Positions 47,926-58,612 of a stretch of DNA of 64,000 bases are shown here, one piece after another. How positions within the stretch are numbered: position 1 is the stretch's first letter; each line of letters opens with the position of its first letter. The translations under genes and the position numbers were made by a program. The notes beneath the pieces were generated by a model. It was not told the origin of the DNA and searched no databases. It worked only from the letters and a program-made list of their open reading frames with translations. The stretch comes from a virus (Duplodnaviria; Caudoviricetes): IMG/VR virus record IMGVR_UViG_3300037424_001076, positions 1-64,000 of that record, one strand, 5' to 3'.

Positions 47926-49877
47926 CTCGGCGTATAATTGACCGTTATATCTGTACTGGTCGTTGGTGCAAAGGTATAAAAATGATCCCCGGTTAAAACG
48001 GGGAATTCACTTGCCAACGTTACTTGGTCATTTATAACTGCACTATTATATGTTACTTTTCTAGTATCAGAATTAATAACTACTTGATCTCCTGAAACAA
48101 ATGACCCAGTAACTTGTAATGCCTGAACTTCTGTAGATCCAGCTTTAAATTGGGTGATTATTGGATCTGTCGTTGCTGAAATGAAAGTAAGTGTTATTGT
48201 CGGATCTGCTGGAGCTGTACCTAAATTTGTAACCAACGTCCCAGCTAAAGTTTCAGCAAATGAATATTTAACTGATGCTTTTGGATCTTTAATCAACGGT
48301 CTTCTAAACTGCCATGAATCAGTGATATCCGATGATGTCCGAATTATAATTGACATTCTAAAACTATCATAGGTACAATTTGACCAATAACTTCCCCCTC
48401 TTAAACTTCCTAAGAATGCTGTACTAAATGCCGTCATAGTTGGTGGATTGATCGTTGCACTAGCTATCGTTTTAAATTCTTCATTTGTAATCAAATCCGC
48501 AAGTGTGATGATCATTTGCCCATTGGTTGATCCATCTAGATACCATCGACAGGCTAGATAATATTCCCTGCCAACAACTAGATCTGTTGTCAAGCTAACC
48601 GTAATTGTCTTTGATTGAGTTTGTGACGAATTAACAATATTAAATTGGATATCATCTTCGCCAGATCCAATTGATGCGCCATGTAAAATGCATATCCTAT
48701 CCTTAGTAGATCCAGCAGTAAATGCTCCCCAATCAAACATGCCTCCAAAATCCCCGGCCCGGCCAGTCTTTTTAAAAAAGAAATCCAATGTTCCTTGCTG
48801 ACCAAACAATCTTGTATTAGTTGCGATCTTAAGTAACTCATCTCCCCTAGATGCTCCCCCAAGATGCCAACTTGTAGCATATGCTTTTTGTTCAACTTGG
48901 AAAGCATCGGCATAAACTTGTGCAAAATTCTGAACAGATGTTAATATTTTTGGAACTAATCTCCCGGTCGTTCCCGATGAAGTAATTGTCAATGAATATC
49001 TAACAAATTCATCAAATGATAAGGTTATTTCTGCTGAATCAGTGTCAGTTATAAAAACACCAACCCCGGTCTGTTCTTCGATATTTAACTTGACCTTACC
49101 ACTTCCGATTAGATAAACACTATAGGTATAGGTCGTCGTCGCTGCTGCTGCCACAAAAGTAAGCGAAACTCCTTCCTCTACAGTTTGCCCTTGGGTAACA
49201 ATAACAAGACCAGCCTTACCAACATGAGCATAAGTGAATTCCTGTCCGATCGTCGCTCCGGTTGTTGCCGTAAACCCTACTGTATTTGTTTCAACACTAC
49301 TTTGATTTGCCGTAAGCATATTTGTAGTGCCCTCTTCAATTTGAATAGCTGTCCCGAAAACGCCAGATTCATACCTCGGAATATTAGGCCCAACCAAAGT
49401 CCCATCTGATTCATAAGCACCTGAACTTCTAGAAAAAATTGCATTCTGAGCTGCATTTATATTTTGAATTACTGGTAAAGTTGAATACGAGAACCCATCC
49501 GGCACAAGAAAAATAAGAGTTGTCTTACCCCAAGCTTTAAGTTGGGGTAAATCCGTGTCATTCGATAAAACAGCATAATATGTCCTATCCAATTCATCAT
49601 CGAATACTAATGATTGAACACCATTTCTGGGATCTAAATAAATACTGATATTTTCAACCCTTGACCTAAGAGCCTCTTTTGAGGTTTCAATTAAAGTAAT
49701 ATCAACTTCAATAATTCTTTGCTTAAAATCAGTCTTGAAAAAATAAATTCCATCTCTATCTGGTACATCAATAGTTCTAGGATTAATAGGAGGGAGAACA
49801 CTTCGCCGAACATCATTGACGGTTATTCCCTTAAATTCAGATCGAACACCACCATATATAAATGAACATATCGACAT
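47916..49877 (-). CDS. Distal tail protein (Dit) with inserted carbohydrate-binding/LamG-like domains
   Basis: Follows the tape measure gene; LVFDDELDRTYYA N-part and YTPRWL end; central IQIEEGTTN/FQVEQKAYATSW module. Confidence 0.85.
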   Translation of the reverse strand: MSICSFIYGGVRSEFKGITVNDVRRSVLPPINPRTIDVPDRDGIYFFKTDFKQRIIEVDITLIETSKEALRSRVENISIYLDPRNGVQSLVFDDELDRTYYAVLSNDTDLPQLKAWGKTTLIFLVPDGFSYSTLPVIQNINAAQNAIFSRSSGAYESDGTLVGPNIPRYESGVFGTAIQIEEGTTNMLTANQSSVETNTVGFTATTGATIGQEFTYAHVGKAGLVIVTQGQTVEEGVSLTFVAAAATTTYTYSVYLIGSGKVKLNIEEQTGVGVFITDTDSAEITLSFDEFVRYSLTITSSGTTGRLVPKILTSVQNFAQVYADAFQVEQKAYATSWHLGGASRGDELLKIATNTRLFGQQGTLDFFFKKTGRAGDFGGMFDWGAFTAGSTKDRICILHGASIGSGEDDIQFNIVNSSQTQSKTITVSLTTDLVVGREYYLACRWYLDGSTNGQMIITLADLITNEEFKTIASATINPPTMTAFSTAFLGSLRGGSYWSNCTYDSFRMSIIIRTSSDITDSWQFRRPLIKDPKASVKYSFAETLAGTLVTNLGTAPADPTITLTFISATTDPIITQFKAGSTEVQALQVTGSFVSGDQVVINSDTRKVTYNSAVINDQVTLASEFPVLTGDHFYTFAPTTSTDITVNYTPRWL

Positions 49878-52766
49878 TTAACGTGTCCCCCTCCCTCTAG
49901 TCCTATCTTTTTGTAATCTATACAATTGTTGGGCTACCTTTAAAACATCTGCCTCTTCTCTTACCACTAATTGAGCCACACTGACTTGAACCCCACCCCA
50001 ATTTCCTTGTCCTCCCCCTTCTGAATATGATGTTGGAGCAGTAGTTGTCGTTGGTACTGCCATTGTTGTTGCTGTCATAGGTGACGTAACACCCATTCCT
50101 AACCCCCCGGGAGTTCCCGCAGCCATTAAACCAGTTTGGGGTTGAAATGCATCCATTATTTTTCTTCCCGTTGCAGCATATCCCGGAGTTAAACTTTTGA
50201 TATCTTGTAATGTAGCAAATGCTTGATTACCCATATTTATAAATTCATATTCCATTTTAGTTTTCGGAGATCCCCTTAGGCCAGATTTAAATCCTTCCCA
50301 AAAATTACTAGCTATATTTCTTGCTTTAGTATAAAGAATTCCCGGTAAGCCATTAACATAATCGATAACTCTTTGAAATTCTACCCTAAAATTTGGAAGT
50401 AAACCAGATAACCAAGTTGATATTTGTCCGGGAATTTGACTAATCGCCCTGCCTACATTACTTACAATAATTCCGAACCATGCTACTGTATTATTACTGA
50501 CATCACGCCATTTGTTAGATATTGTTTGCCATATACTTTGTAATCCTCCCACTATCCTTCCGGGGATTGATTCAATGTAATTTACTACTTGACCTACAAT
50601 TATGTCCCACCATGCCACTGTATTAGTACGAACATCACGCCATTTATCAGAGATGGTTTGCCAAGTTTTTTGAAGTCCTCCTGTTATTCTTCCGGGGAGT
50701 GATTCAATGTAATTTACTATTTGACTTACAATTATGTCCCACCATGCCACTGTATTAGTACGAACATCACGCCATTTATCAGAGATGGTTTGCCAAGTTT
50801 TTTGAAGTGCAATATCAATTTTATCCGGCAAATCTATAAAATATTTAACAACTTTTCCAACTGTTTCTCCAGCCATGAATGCCCAATTAGCCATATCTTC
50901 ATCGGAAGTATTTAAAAAAGATTCAATACTTGAACCTACATCCGGCATAGTCTTAGCAAAATCTTCATCTGTTTTCCTTAACCAATTCTCAAAAGTTGTT
51001 CCCCATGATGTTGTTTTCTCTAAAATAACTTTATCTGAAGCAATAAGGCTATCCTCAATAAATTTACCAATCTTAGGCATAATTTCCGATATTTTAGTAT
51101 CAATAGATATTAACCAATTTTCAAAAGACTTTCTAAATGAATTAGTATTATCTAAAATAACTTTATCCGAAGCAGTAAGAGCATCACTTATTGATGTTTG
51201 TACATCTTTGAAATCTTGGCTAGTTTTATCCTTGATATTTTTTAACCATGCATCCCAACTAGCAAATGAATTATTATTAAACGTATTCATGTCTTCATCT
51301 GCTCCGCCTAGTATGCTTTCAAGGCTTTTCTTCATATCTTCCCAATCTTTGGTGATCTTAGAAGTAACCTCTGTAGTTTTCTTTTTAACGTCTTCAAAAC
51401 TAATTCCCAACATTCCCGCTATCGCAATTACAGCTGCAATTGCCGCTGGGACTGCTAAGAAACCCAAAGTGAGTCCACCAACCGTAACTCCCAATAATGC
51501 AGCAACTGGTGTTAATATTCCAATAGCAGCCGAAACTCCGGCAAATAAAAGCAACAACGGCCCGATAGCCGCAGTCAATCCAAGGAAAACTAAAATACCA
51601 TTTTGAATATTAGGATCTAATTTTATAAACCAATCAGTAACACCTTTAACTGCTTTCCCTAATCCCTCTAATATTGGAATCAATTTTTGACCAATTATTA
51701 TCCCAGCAGTTTCTAGAGAACCTTTCAATTCTTCAATTGATCCCCTAAAACTATCCATTCTTTCTTTAGCAACTTGTTCCGCACTAACGTTTCCAATTTG
51801 TTCCTTTAATTTATTAACACCTTCTGCTCCTTCTTTGTAGAGAATATTAGCCGCCCTAATAGCATCTGACCCGAATAGAGTTTCTAAAGTCGCTAATCTC
51901 TGTGCATCAGTCATTCCAGAAAGCGAGCTTTTTAAAAGACCAGATATTTCTGCCAAACTCTTAACTTTACCTTCTTGATCAAAAAACGCACTCGTTCCTT
52001 TTGCTGTTGTTAATCCTAATTCCTTGAACAATGCAATTTGTTCTTTTGTTCTTGGCTGCAGATTAAGAAACATCGTCTTAAGAGAAGTTCCAGCATCACT
52101 ACCCTTTAATCCATTATTAGCAAAAAGTGCCAATGCTGCAGAAGTATCTGCAAATGAAAATCCAACCCCCGAAGCAACAGCCGATACTTGCGATAATCCC
52201 AATTGGAGAGAACTAACTGATGCTGCCGATGCATTTGCTGAACCAGCCAATATATCTGCTGCATCAGATACACTTAGCCCATCTTTTCGAAAGGCATTAA
52301 GAGCTGTTGATGCAACAATTGCCGCTTCGCTCAATTCAATCCCGCCCGCAGCAGCTAGATCTAATGCACCCTTTAAACCTCCACCCATAACTTCTTCAAC
52401 GCTTAATCCAGCCTTTAATAATTCGAGCATTCCATCTGACGCTTCACTTGCCGAGAACGTTGTACTTGCTCCCATTTCTAATGCTAATTTTGATAGCGAT
52501 TTCATCTGATCTCCTGTTGCTCCTGTTATCGCTCTAATATTAGCCATAGATTGGTCAAATTCTGCTGCAGCATCAACAGATGCTTTTCCCATTGCAAGAA
52601 TAGGTAATGTTAATCCTAATGTTAAATTTCTACCCGCAGAAGTCATGAATCCTTGTAATCTCTGCACCGTTGATGTTGCATTATTCATGTTATTTTGGAA
52701 AGCAGTGATATTTGCGCTTAGAATTACTTGAATATCAGCAATGGTGAGTGCCATAATTTTCACCAA
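49878..52766 (-). CDS. Tape measure protein (TP901-like)
   Basis: FSASEA...GLKGSDAGTSLK; Trp-periodic 40-aa repeats at ~50480-50810. Confidence 0.95.
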   Translation of the reverse strand: MVKIMALTIADIQVILSANITAFQNNMNNATSTVQRLQGFMTSAGRNLTLGLTLPILAMGKASVDAAAEFDQSMANIRAITGATGDQMKSLSKLALEMGASTTFSASEASDGMLELLKAGLSVEEVMGGGLKGALDLAAAGGIELSEAAIVASTALNAFRKDGLSVSDAADILAGSANASAASVSSLQLGLSQVSAVASGVGFSFADTSAALALFANNGLKGSDAGTSLKTMFLNLQPRTKEQIALFKELGLTTAKGTSAFFDQEGKVKSLAEISGLLKSSLSGMTDAQRLATLETLFGSDAIRAANILYKEGAEGVNKLKEQIGNVSAEQVAKERMDSFRGSIEELKGSLETAGIIIGQKLIPILEGLGKAVKGVTDWFIKLDPNIQNGILVFLGLTAAIGPLLLLFAGVSAAIGILTPVAALLGVTVGGLTLGFLAVPAAIAAVIAIAGMLGISFEDVKKKTTEVTSKITKDWEDMKKSLESILGGADEDMNTFNNNSFASWDAWLKNIKDKTSQDFKDVQTSISDALTASDKVILDNTNSFRKSFENWLISIDTKISEIMPKIGKFIEDSLIASDKVILEKTTSWGTTFENWLRKTDEDFAKTMPDVGSSIESFLNTSDEDMANWAFMAGETVGKVVKYFIDLPDKIDIALQKTWQTISDKWRDVRTNTVAWWDIIVSQIVNYIESLPGRITGGLQKTWQTISDKWRDVRTNTVAWWDIIVGQVVNYIESIPGRIVGGLQSIWQTISNKWRDVSNNTVAWFGIIVSNVGRAISQIPGQISTWLSGLLPNFRVEFQRVIDYVNGLPGILYTKARNIASNFWEGFKSGLRGSPKTKMEYEFINMGNQAFATLQDIKSLTPGYAATGRKIMDAFQPQTGLMAAGTPGGLGMGVTSPMTATTMAVPTTTTAPTSYSEGGGQGNWGGVQVSVAQLVVREEADVLKVAQQLYRLQKDRTRGRGTR

Positions 52767-52827
52767 CTTCCTTTATCTAAGATTAAAAATTAAAAAAATA
52801 AACTCTCGGTCAATAACGACTAAGAGT

Positions 52828-53005
52828 TTATTTCCTTTTAGATTTCGCTTTCGCTTCCTCAGCCTTCCTCATCTTCTCTTGGTAAGAATAGAAAGCCATC
52901 CATTCATAGAATTCTTTTGTTCCCATTTGTTTTATTTCACTTACAGTCTTACATAAATCTTTTGCTAATATAAATTGGAATCTGAAATCTACATCAAGGG
53001 CGAAA
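52828..53005 (-). CDS. Frameshift extension of the tail assembly chaperone (gpGT-like)
   Basis: Start-less +1 frame: FRFQFILAKDLCKTVSEIKQMGTKEFYEWMAFY..., typical of the second TAC moiety. Confidence 0.65.
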
Positions 53006-53344
53006 TTTCTTCTCCGTTTCTTTTATGGCTGTTTCATTTAGTCCAGATATTGCCATAATTTCTTTTAAAACTGTATCAATTGCCACGGCAGACTTTTCAC
53101 GCAAAGAAAAATAATCCTGCTCCGAGAATATAGGATCAATAACCCCATGAATAAACATTAATAATTCCAATTTATCAACATCCACGACATCTGCCATCGT
53201 TGCCTCTTTCCTAATCTGTTGCTGTGTTCCTTTACTGAATTCTCGGATCATGACACTTCCGCCCCATTGTGAAACTTCAATTTCTTTTTCCTGCAAATTA
53301 GAAGATGCCAAGATTTCTTGTGCCGATAATCTTTTATTAGTCAT
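52994..53344 (-). CDS. Tail assembly chaperone
   Basis: EIEVSQWGGSVMIRE; between tail tube and tape measure genes. Confidence 0.85.
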   Translation of the reverse strand: MTNKRLSAQEILASSNLQEKEIEVSQWGGSVMIREFSKGTQQQIRKEATMADVVDVDKLELLMFIHGVIDPIFSEQDYFSLREKSAVAIDTVLKEIMAISGLNETAIKETEKKFRP

Positions 53345-53379
53345 CCTAAATATCCCCCCACCAATTTTTTAAAAATATT

Positions 53380-53793
53380 TTATGCTACCGTTGACCTAGT
53401 CACTACCCCTGTTACTTGAAATTCAGCCGTGAATGTGGCTGCAGCATCGATCGCAGTCGGTACTTCATAACTTGTCTCAAAGCAATTTCCAGTATATTTT
53501 GCATACTTACCAGCGACTGGCGCAGTAGTACCCGGATAATATACAAATGCTGCAGACGTTCCAAGTATTCCACTCAAATACTTATCTGGCGTTGTTGCCC
53601 ATATTCCCTCAATAGATATAGTCGCATCTCTAAGCCCAGCAACATATTCTTTTGCCGAACTACAGAAAACCGAAGTTTCAACCGTGTCATTTGTACGAGG
53701 AAATGAAACGCTCGTAATCCAACAATTCAACAATCTGGGAGTTCCGCCAGTATCAGTAATTGAAAATCCCGCGTTTTTACCATGAACAGCCAA
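53380..53793 (-). CDS. Major tail (tube) protein
   Basis: ETSVF...YVAGLRDATISIEG...FTAEFQVTG. Confidence 0.85.
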   Translation of the reverse strand: MAVHGKNAGFSITDTGGTPRLLNCWITSVSFPRTNDTVETSVFCSSAKEYVAGLRDATISIEGIWATTPDKYLSGILGTSAAFVYYPGTTAPVAGKYAKYTGNCFETSYEVPTAIDAAATFTAEFQVTGVVTRSTVA

Positions 53794-53813
53794 TTAAAAC
53801 AACTCCTTCCAAT

Positions 53814-54521
53814 TTATCTTCTCTTCATACCTACATTGAATGTGGCTGATCCAGCCGTCGATGATAATGTCCATTGTGATCTAGTAAATCTCTTTACAGT
53901 CCCACTTGAGGAAATAACCCTTTGGGCACTTTTTCCAGTTGTTGCTACAAATGATATAAGAGTTGCCCATGCTGTCCCGGCAGAAGAATCCTCGATGGTA
54001 ACTGTTATATTTCCAGTAGAAACACTGGTAACTTGCAAATATCCTGTTGCACCTTTAGTACTTGATGCCGTTGCATCGATCGAAGTTTCACTTCCTGTTG
54101 TACTCTCTGCAATAAGATCATGATGTGATAGAATTCTATCTGCCCCTAATATTGCTTGACCTTCAACAGTAATAGAAACAACCCCATCGATAGGACTCAT
54201 TATTTCATATGAATTTTCAATTGATTTAACCCCATATCCAGCATTACTAAGGGCTGGCCCACCCGGATAATATGACCAGATAACCGTAGATCCTAAAACT
54301 TGATCAAAGACATAATCTGATTCAAATGTACTCCCTGCAAAAAATCCTTCTGCAGATACAGTAGCATCTCTCAATCCAACAACATAAGTTTTATCGCTAG
54401 AACTAAATACACTTGTCTCTGCTGTATCTGCCGTTTGCGCTACTCCAAAACTATTCAAATAACCACTTAGATCGAAACCATTAATATATGTCCTTGCATG
54501 TTTACCATGAGTTCCTGACAA
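53814..54521 (-). CDS. Second tail-tube-like paralogue with C-terminal extension
   Basis: HGK...ETSVF...YVVGLRDATVSAEG shared with the neighbour. Confidence 0.75.
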   Translation of the reverse strand: MSGTHGKHARTYINGFDLSGYLNSFGVAQTADTAETSVFSSSDKTYVVGLRDATVSAEGFFAGSTFESDYVFDQVLGSTVIWSYYPGGPALSNAGYGVKSIENSYEIMSPIDGVVSITVEGQAILGADRILSHHDLIAESTTGSETSIDATASSTKGATGYLQVTSVSTGNITVTIEDSSAGTAWATLISFVATTGKSAQRVISSSGTVKRFTRSQWTLSSTAGSATFNVGMKRR

Positions 54522-54536
54522 GTTCCTCCCTCCTTT

Positions 54537-54953
54537 CTATGTCGATAAGGTTTTCATAACATCAAAATTACAGGCCACTAGATGTCTTTCATTTTCATCC
54601 ACACCTAACCTGAATGGGGATTGTGTTGCCCAAATTCTCAAATAAAAACTCCCAGCATCAGAACTAGAAGTCTTTAATGTTTCATTAGTTACGCTTATGA
54701 GTGATCGGTATGCATTTTCTGCTGTCCTTCTAGCAATTTCATAATCCGTCGATCTTGACACAATTTGAATCGAAGGATTTTCCCATGCCACTTCGCATGT
54801 TGATCCAAATGTATCTTGTGGCCTGAAACCTCCTGTTTCATAAACGATTAAAAGAGTATTTGGTGCATTAGGCGAATAAGACTTAAATATATTTGTCCCG
54901 ATCGTCCCTACTGAATCGTCTTGAAGGTGTTTTGCTACTTCATCTAATATCAA
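54537..54953 (-). CDS. Tail terminator / minor capsid protein
   Basis: PSIQIVSR...LGVDENERH...CNF. Confidence 0.8.
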   Translation of the reverse strand: MILDEVAKHLQDDSVGTIGTNIFKSYSPNAPNTLLIVYETGGFRPQDTFGSTCEVAWENPSIQIVSRSTDYEIARRTAENAYRSLISVTNETLKTSSSDAGSFYLRIWATQSPFRLGVDENERHLVACNFDVMKTLST

Positions 54954-54968
54954 TTAACAATACACCTC

Positions 54969-55358
54969 CTATCTAGAAATCGAAACGAGATATCCTCGAA
55001 CCGCATTTCTAATTGCCGGAGCTATCTTTGATGTTCTTTCCTGAACTGCACTTTGATAATATTTCGCTCTCCCTACTCTATGAAATGCTGCAAGATTTTC
55101 ATGAACAACTACTGCATATGGTGCTGCAGTTCCACCAAAAGCACCAATACTTTGTATAGATCTTGCTACGATTCTAGGTGGAACAACATGACCAGATGCT
55201 CTTAATGCTCCTGTATCAACTGGTGTTCTTTCTTTCGCTAACGTCATAATCTCTTCATGCTGTTCGTTTAATGCCGCCGCAATGATTGGTAGAAGATCCA
55301 CACCCATCCGGCTCAATGCTCTTATTGTTTCGGTAACTCCAATAACAACAACATCCAT
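54969..55358 (-). CDS. HK97 gp10-like tail completion protein
   Basis: TPVDTGALRASG...YAVVVHE...AKYYQSA. Confidence 0.85.
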   Translation of the reverse strand: MDVVVIGVTETIRALSRMGVDLLPIIAAALNEQHEEIMTLAKERTPVDTGALRASGHVVPPRIVARSIQSIGAFGGTAAPYAVVVHENLAAFHRVGRAKYYQSAVQERTSKIAPAIRNAVRGYLVSISR

Positions 55359-55702
55359 TAAACCCTCCCCGATCTATTACCAAATTTCAATTGAACATGA
55401 TGATATGCCCCATCTTCGTCAGGATAAGCGCTCATAGCTTGCAATATGGGCTTAGATCCATCTGGAAAAGTAAATAAATCTTGCGAATCAAAAGATTCGG
55501 TTGATGCTACATAAACAATTGATTCAATTAATTTTTCTGCTCCATCATCACCTGTTATTGTGTCATGAACTCTAACTATCCGACATGCATAACTAGAAGA
55601 TGCTGTTGAATGAGTTGGTGATCCATACGCTGTATATCCTGTTAATTGATTTCGGATGATTGTATCTCGCATAAAGTCAAGGAATTCAACTTCAAAACTC
55701 AT
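55358..55702 (-). CDS. Head closure protein
   Basis: GYTAYGSP; position in the neck module. Confidence 0.7.
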   Translation of the reverse strand: MSFEVEFLDFMRDTIIRNQLTGYTAYGSPTHSTASSSYACRIVRVHDTITGDDGAEKLIESIVYVASTESFDSQDLFTFPDGSKPILQAMSAYPDEDGAYHHVQLKFGNRSGRV

Positions 55703-55715
55703 GCTTATCTCTCCC

Positions 55716-56210
55716 TTAACTAGATGAACCTGTTTGAGTACCCGGGAAATCGTTCATGTGACGGTAGAAATCTGGTGTAACACGATCACTATTTTGTTCC
55801 TGACTTCTCTTATCTGCTACAGAAATTCCACCCGCATACACTTGTGGTCTTCCTCTATACAATTTTGATAAAATCCATAATCTTGATGCTTGATCACTAA
55901 ATGCTTTTCCCTTTTCAACTAAATTAATTTTTAGATCTCCAACTGCCTTTTCTGATGCATCTCTTGCAAATTTACTAGCAAGTGTTTCACATGCCATAGC
56001 TGCCGATGCTAAAGGATTCGGGAAAATCGTAAGCAAATAATAAATTTCTTCATCACTTAACAATTGGTCACTTGAATTTGTATCCCTTACGAGGAATCTG
56101 ACCTCATCCTTGAGGTTATCAGCCGGATAGCCTTGGTAACTCCATGTAATGTGAAACACCTCCCCAAACCAAGGAAAACGGCTATTTAGCCGTCTTCCTC
56201 TTTGACTCAA
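55716..56210 (-). CDS. Head-tail connector (adaptor)
   Basis: VRFLVRDT...LLSDEEI...VGDLKI; start uncertain. Confidence 0.75.
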   Translation of the reverse strand: MSQRGRRLNSRFPWFGEVFHITWSYQGYPADNLKDEVRFLVRDTNSSDQLLSDEEIYYLLTIFPNPLASAAMACETLASKFARDASEKAVGDLKINLVEKGKAFSDQASRLWILSKLYRGRPQVYAGGISVADKRSQEQNSDRVTPDFYRHMNDFPGTQTGSSS

Positions 56211-56436
56211 TTTTTTGTTCTACTTCTGGAATTTCTATGATCCCAAACAGCTTTTCTTTCTTGGATTTAACATCTTCCAATGACCCCCGATAAATAATTC
56301 TGCCAAGAACTAAAGCGACTTTTCTTTGCTCATGAACTTCTTCGAAATCAGCCGATGTATAAATTTCCCCGGCTTTCAAAACAAGATCGTTAAATCTATA
56401 TCCATTTCTTAATACTAGATAATATAAATCACTCAT
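56182..56436 (-). CDS. Hypothetical head-module protein
   Basis: AGGGGTGA RBS; operonic position. Confidence 0.55.
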   Translation of the reverse strand: MSDLYYLVLRNGYRFNDLVLKAGEIYTSADFEEVHEQRKVALVLGRIIYRGSLEDVKSKKEKLFGIIEIPEVEQKIESKRKTAK

Positions 56437-56442
56437 AGGTGA

Positions 56443-57348
56443 TCACCCCTTTGGTTTGGAAAATTCATCTAATTTGACCGGATTTCCAAGTCTCATAATA
56501 TATTCCACATCATGCAATGCTCCCAATAAATTCTGTTCTGCTTGTAACTGGTGGTTCGATTGTTCTTGGAATGAAATCCTTTGTCTTCTTGTACCCTCAA
56601 CTCTTTCTATGAGTTCAATTCGCCGGGCCTCTAGCTTTTGCATGTATGCTGTCGCATCATCATAGCCATATAAATAAGGAGTCAATAATAAATCTGAAAC
56701 TGGTGGTTTATAAATCTTGATTCCTTTTCCTCTTGCCCAGCCTAAAAAGAATTCACAACTTGGTCTTTGATGCTGAAATTCTTGATCTTGTGCCATATTA
56801 ACCCCATAGACTTGAATATCTTTATATCCCATCTTGATCGCAAGAGCTATCATCCAAGAAATAGTATTTGTGAAATAAACTCTAGTTCTAACATCAGGTT
56901 GATCAAGTGCCATATCATCCCCGAAAATATCAAATTCCTCAAGCACTTCCTTTAATGGATATTCAATAGAATTCGGTATATTTGGATGCTTGCGCCACAT
57001 TACTATTGGGCATTTTAAATATGATAAATTCCTAACTTGTTGTGTGTCTCTGATCGTAGGTGGTTCATACCCATGAAGTTGAAACCATGCAGTAGCTCGG
57101 ATAGCAATTTTCGGTTTATCCATATACAATTCATTAAGCGCCCAGATATCAATATTATTAGCATCTAATGGGGCATATTTTAAACTATCTGGCGCAAATC
57201 CCAGAATCATAACACTATCTGAATATCTTTTGAATTCCAATATTTCTTCTTTAATAGCTACATATTTTGACACATCACATGGTGGTTCTACTGCCACATT
57301 AGAAATTTCTACCGTCTCGATATTTTCTTTAACTTGGTTTTCACTCAT
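56443..57348 (-). CDS. GT42/MAF (DUF115)-fold putative transferase
   Basis: VMILGFAP...IWALNE...ALAIKMGYKDIQVYGVNM, resembling the CstII-type AIALGYKEIYLSGIDF motif. Confidence 0.55.
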   Translation of the reverse strand: MSENQVKENIETVEISNVAVEPPCDVSKYVAIKEEILEFKRYSDSVMILGFAPDSLKYAPLDANNIDIWALNELYMDKPKIAIRATAWFQLHGYEPPTIRDTQQVRNLSYLKCPIVMWRKHPNIPNSIEYPLKEVLEEFDIFGDDMALDQPDVRTRVYFTNTISWMIALAIKMGYKDIQVYGVNMAQDQEFQHQRPSCEFFLGWARGKGIKIYKPPVSDLLLTPYLYGYDDATAYMQKLEARRIELIERVEGTRRQRISFQEQSNHQLQAEQNLLGALHDVEYIMRLGNPVKLDEFSKPKG

Positions 57349-57434
57349 AAATTAATTGGGCATCTCCCCCCTAAGGATTGCCCTGTCCCTCCCTTTATTA
57401 TCTTTTTAAACTAACCAGAATACCAAACCACGGA

Positions 57435-58568
57435 TTAAGATGACCCGAATGCTGCAAATTGACTGTTATAAACTAACCATGTAGTCGTCGATGCACTTAC
57501 CATCGAAACTGCTTCTCTTGCAGTATTGAATGTGATTTTTCTGCCTGTTGATCCTTGGGATGAAGAGAAAACTGTCTTTGTCGATGCTGGCACTATAAAA
57601 GTTCTTGCAGTAGTACCAACTTGACTGAGTACAAAGATTGTTTTAACAAATCCGGCTGCTGTCGGATCTGCTAAAGTCCATGTTACTTGGGTTGTATTTG
57701 CTTGGGCCAATGACGTAAAACCCTTATTTGTTATAGCAGTCCCAACTGTAGTCGTTGTTTTAGCAAGATAAGAATCAATAAATCCTCCACCTTGTACAAA
57801 ACCAGTAGCTACGAAATTAGAACTTGCTGTCACATGAGCACCCGAAAGATTACTAGATGCACTCACTGACTGACCAGAAATATCACTAGTTGCTGTCAAT
57901 TTAATGACTGTAGCCGTACCATCTGAATCAATCGTTGCCACCGTGCTATTCGCTGAGTCCTTAATAAAGAATTTTTTAACACCTAAGGCATCACCTAAAG
58001 TGATCTTTACATTCCCACCAGTAGGGATCATTTTTATATCTGATGTTCCAGATACTACAAAATCATCCGTGTTAATTGTCAAGTTCACACTAGAAAGATT
58101 ACTTGTCGCACTTACCGATTGACCAGAAATGTCACTACTTGCTGTTAGCTTAATGACTGTAGCTGTACCATCAGAATCAATCGTTGCCACCGTACTATTA
58201 GCTGAATCTTTGATGAAGAATTTTCTCGCCCCGGCTGCATCCCCTAATGTAATCTTCACATCTCCACCAGTTGGTTTCATGGTTATATCAGACGTTGCAG
58301 TAACGACAAAATCATCCGTATTAACAGCAAAGCTTCCAGTTACATCAAAATCACTTGTGGCAGCAAGACCAGTAAAACTTGCAACTCCAAGAGAATTAAT
58401 ACTAGCAACTTCGACTGTTGAAGCATTTAATATGCTTACTTTTGTAACCCCAGCCGTGGAACGCAATTGCAAATTAATATCTCCATCTGAAAACAAATAG
58501 CTATCAGTTGATGGAAGATTTCTGAGCATATTCGAATAGATTGGTCTTTTAATATACTCATTACCCAC
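57435..58568 (-). CDS. Ser/Thr-rich structural (head fibre/decoration-like) protein with internal ~80-aa duplication
   Basis: NTDDFVV...KITLGDA...FFIKDSANSTVATIDSDGTATVIKLTA occurs twice. Confidence 0.75.
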   Translation of the reverse strand: MGNEYIKRPIYSNMLRNLPSTDSYLFSDGDINLQLRSTAGVTKVSILNASTVEVASINSLGVASFTGLAATSDFDVTGSFAVNTDDFVVTATSDITMKPTGGDVKITLGDAAGARKFFIKDSANSTVATIDSDGTATVIKLTASSDISGQSVSATSNLSSVNLTINTDDFVVSGTSDIKMIPTGGNVKITLGDALGVKKFFIKDSANSTVATIDSDGTATVIKLTATSDISGQSVSASSNLSGAHVTASSNFVATGFVQGGGFIDSYLAKTTTTVGTAITNKGFTSLAQANTTQVTWTLADPTAAGFVKTIFVLSQVGTTARTFIVPASTKTVFSSSQGSTGRKITFNTAREAVSMVSASTTTWLVYNSQFAAFGSS

Positions 58569-58612
58569 GTTATATTTCTCCTCCTTTCCTCAATATTAGT
58601 AAATAAATTTTA

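Noticed and set aside
50480-50810. 120-bp direct repeats as a DGR template/variable repeat pair
   Set aside because: They are in-frame tape-measure repeats; differences are not adenine-specific and there is no reverse transcriptase in the window.
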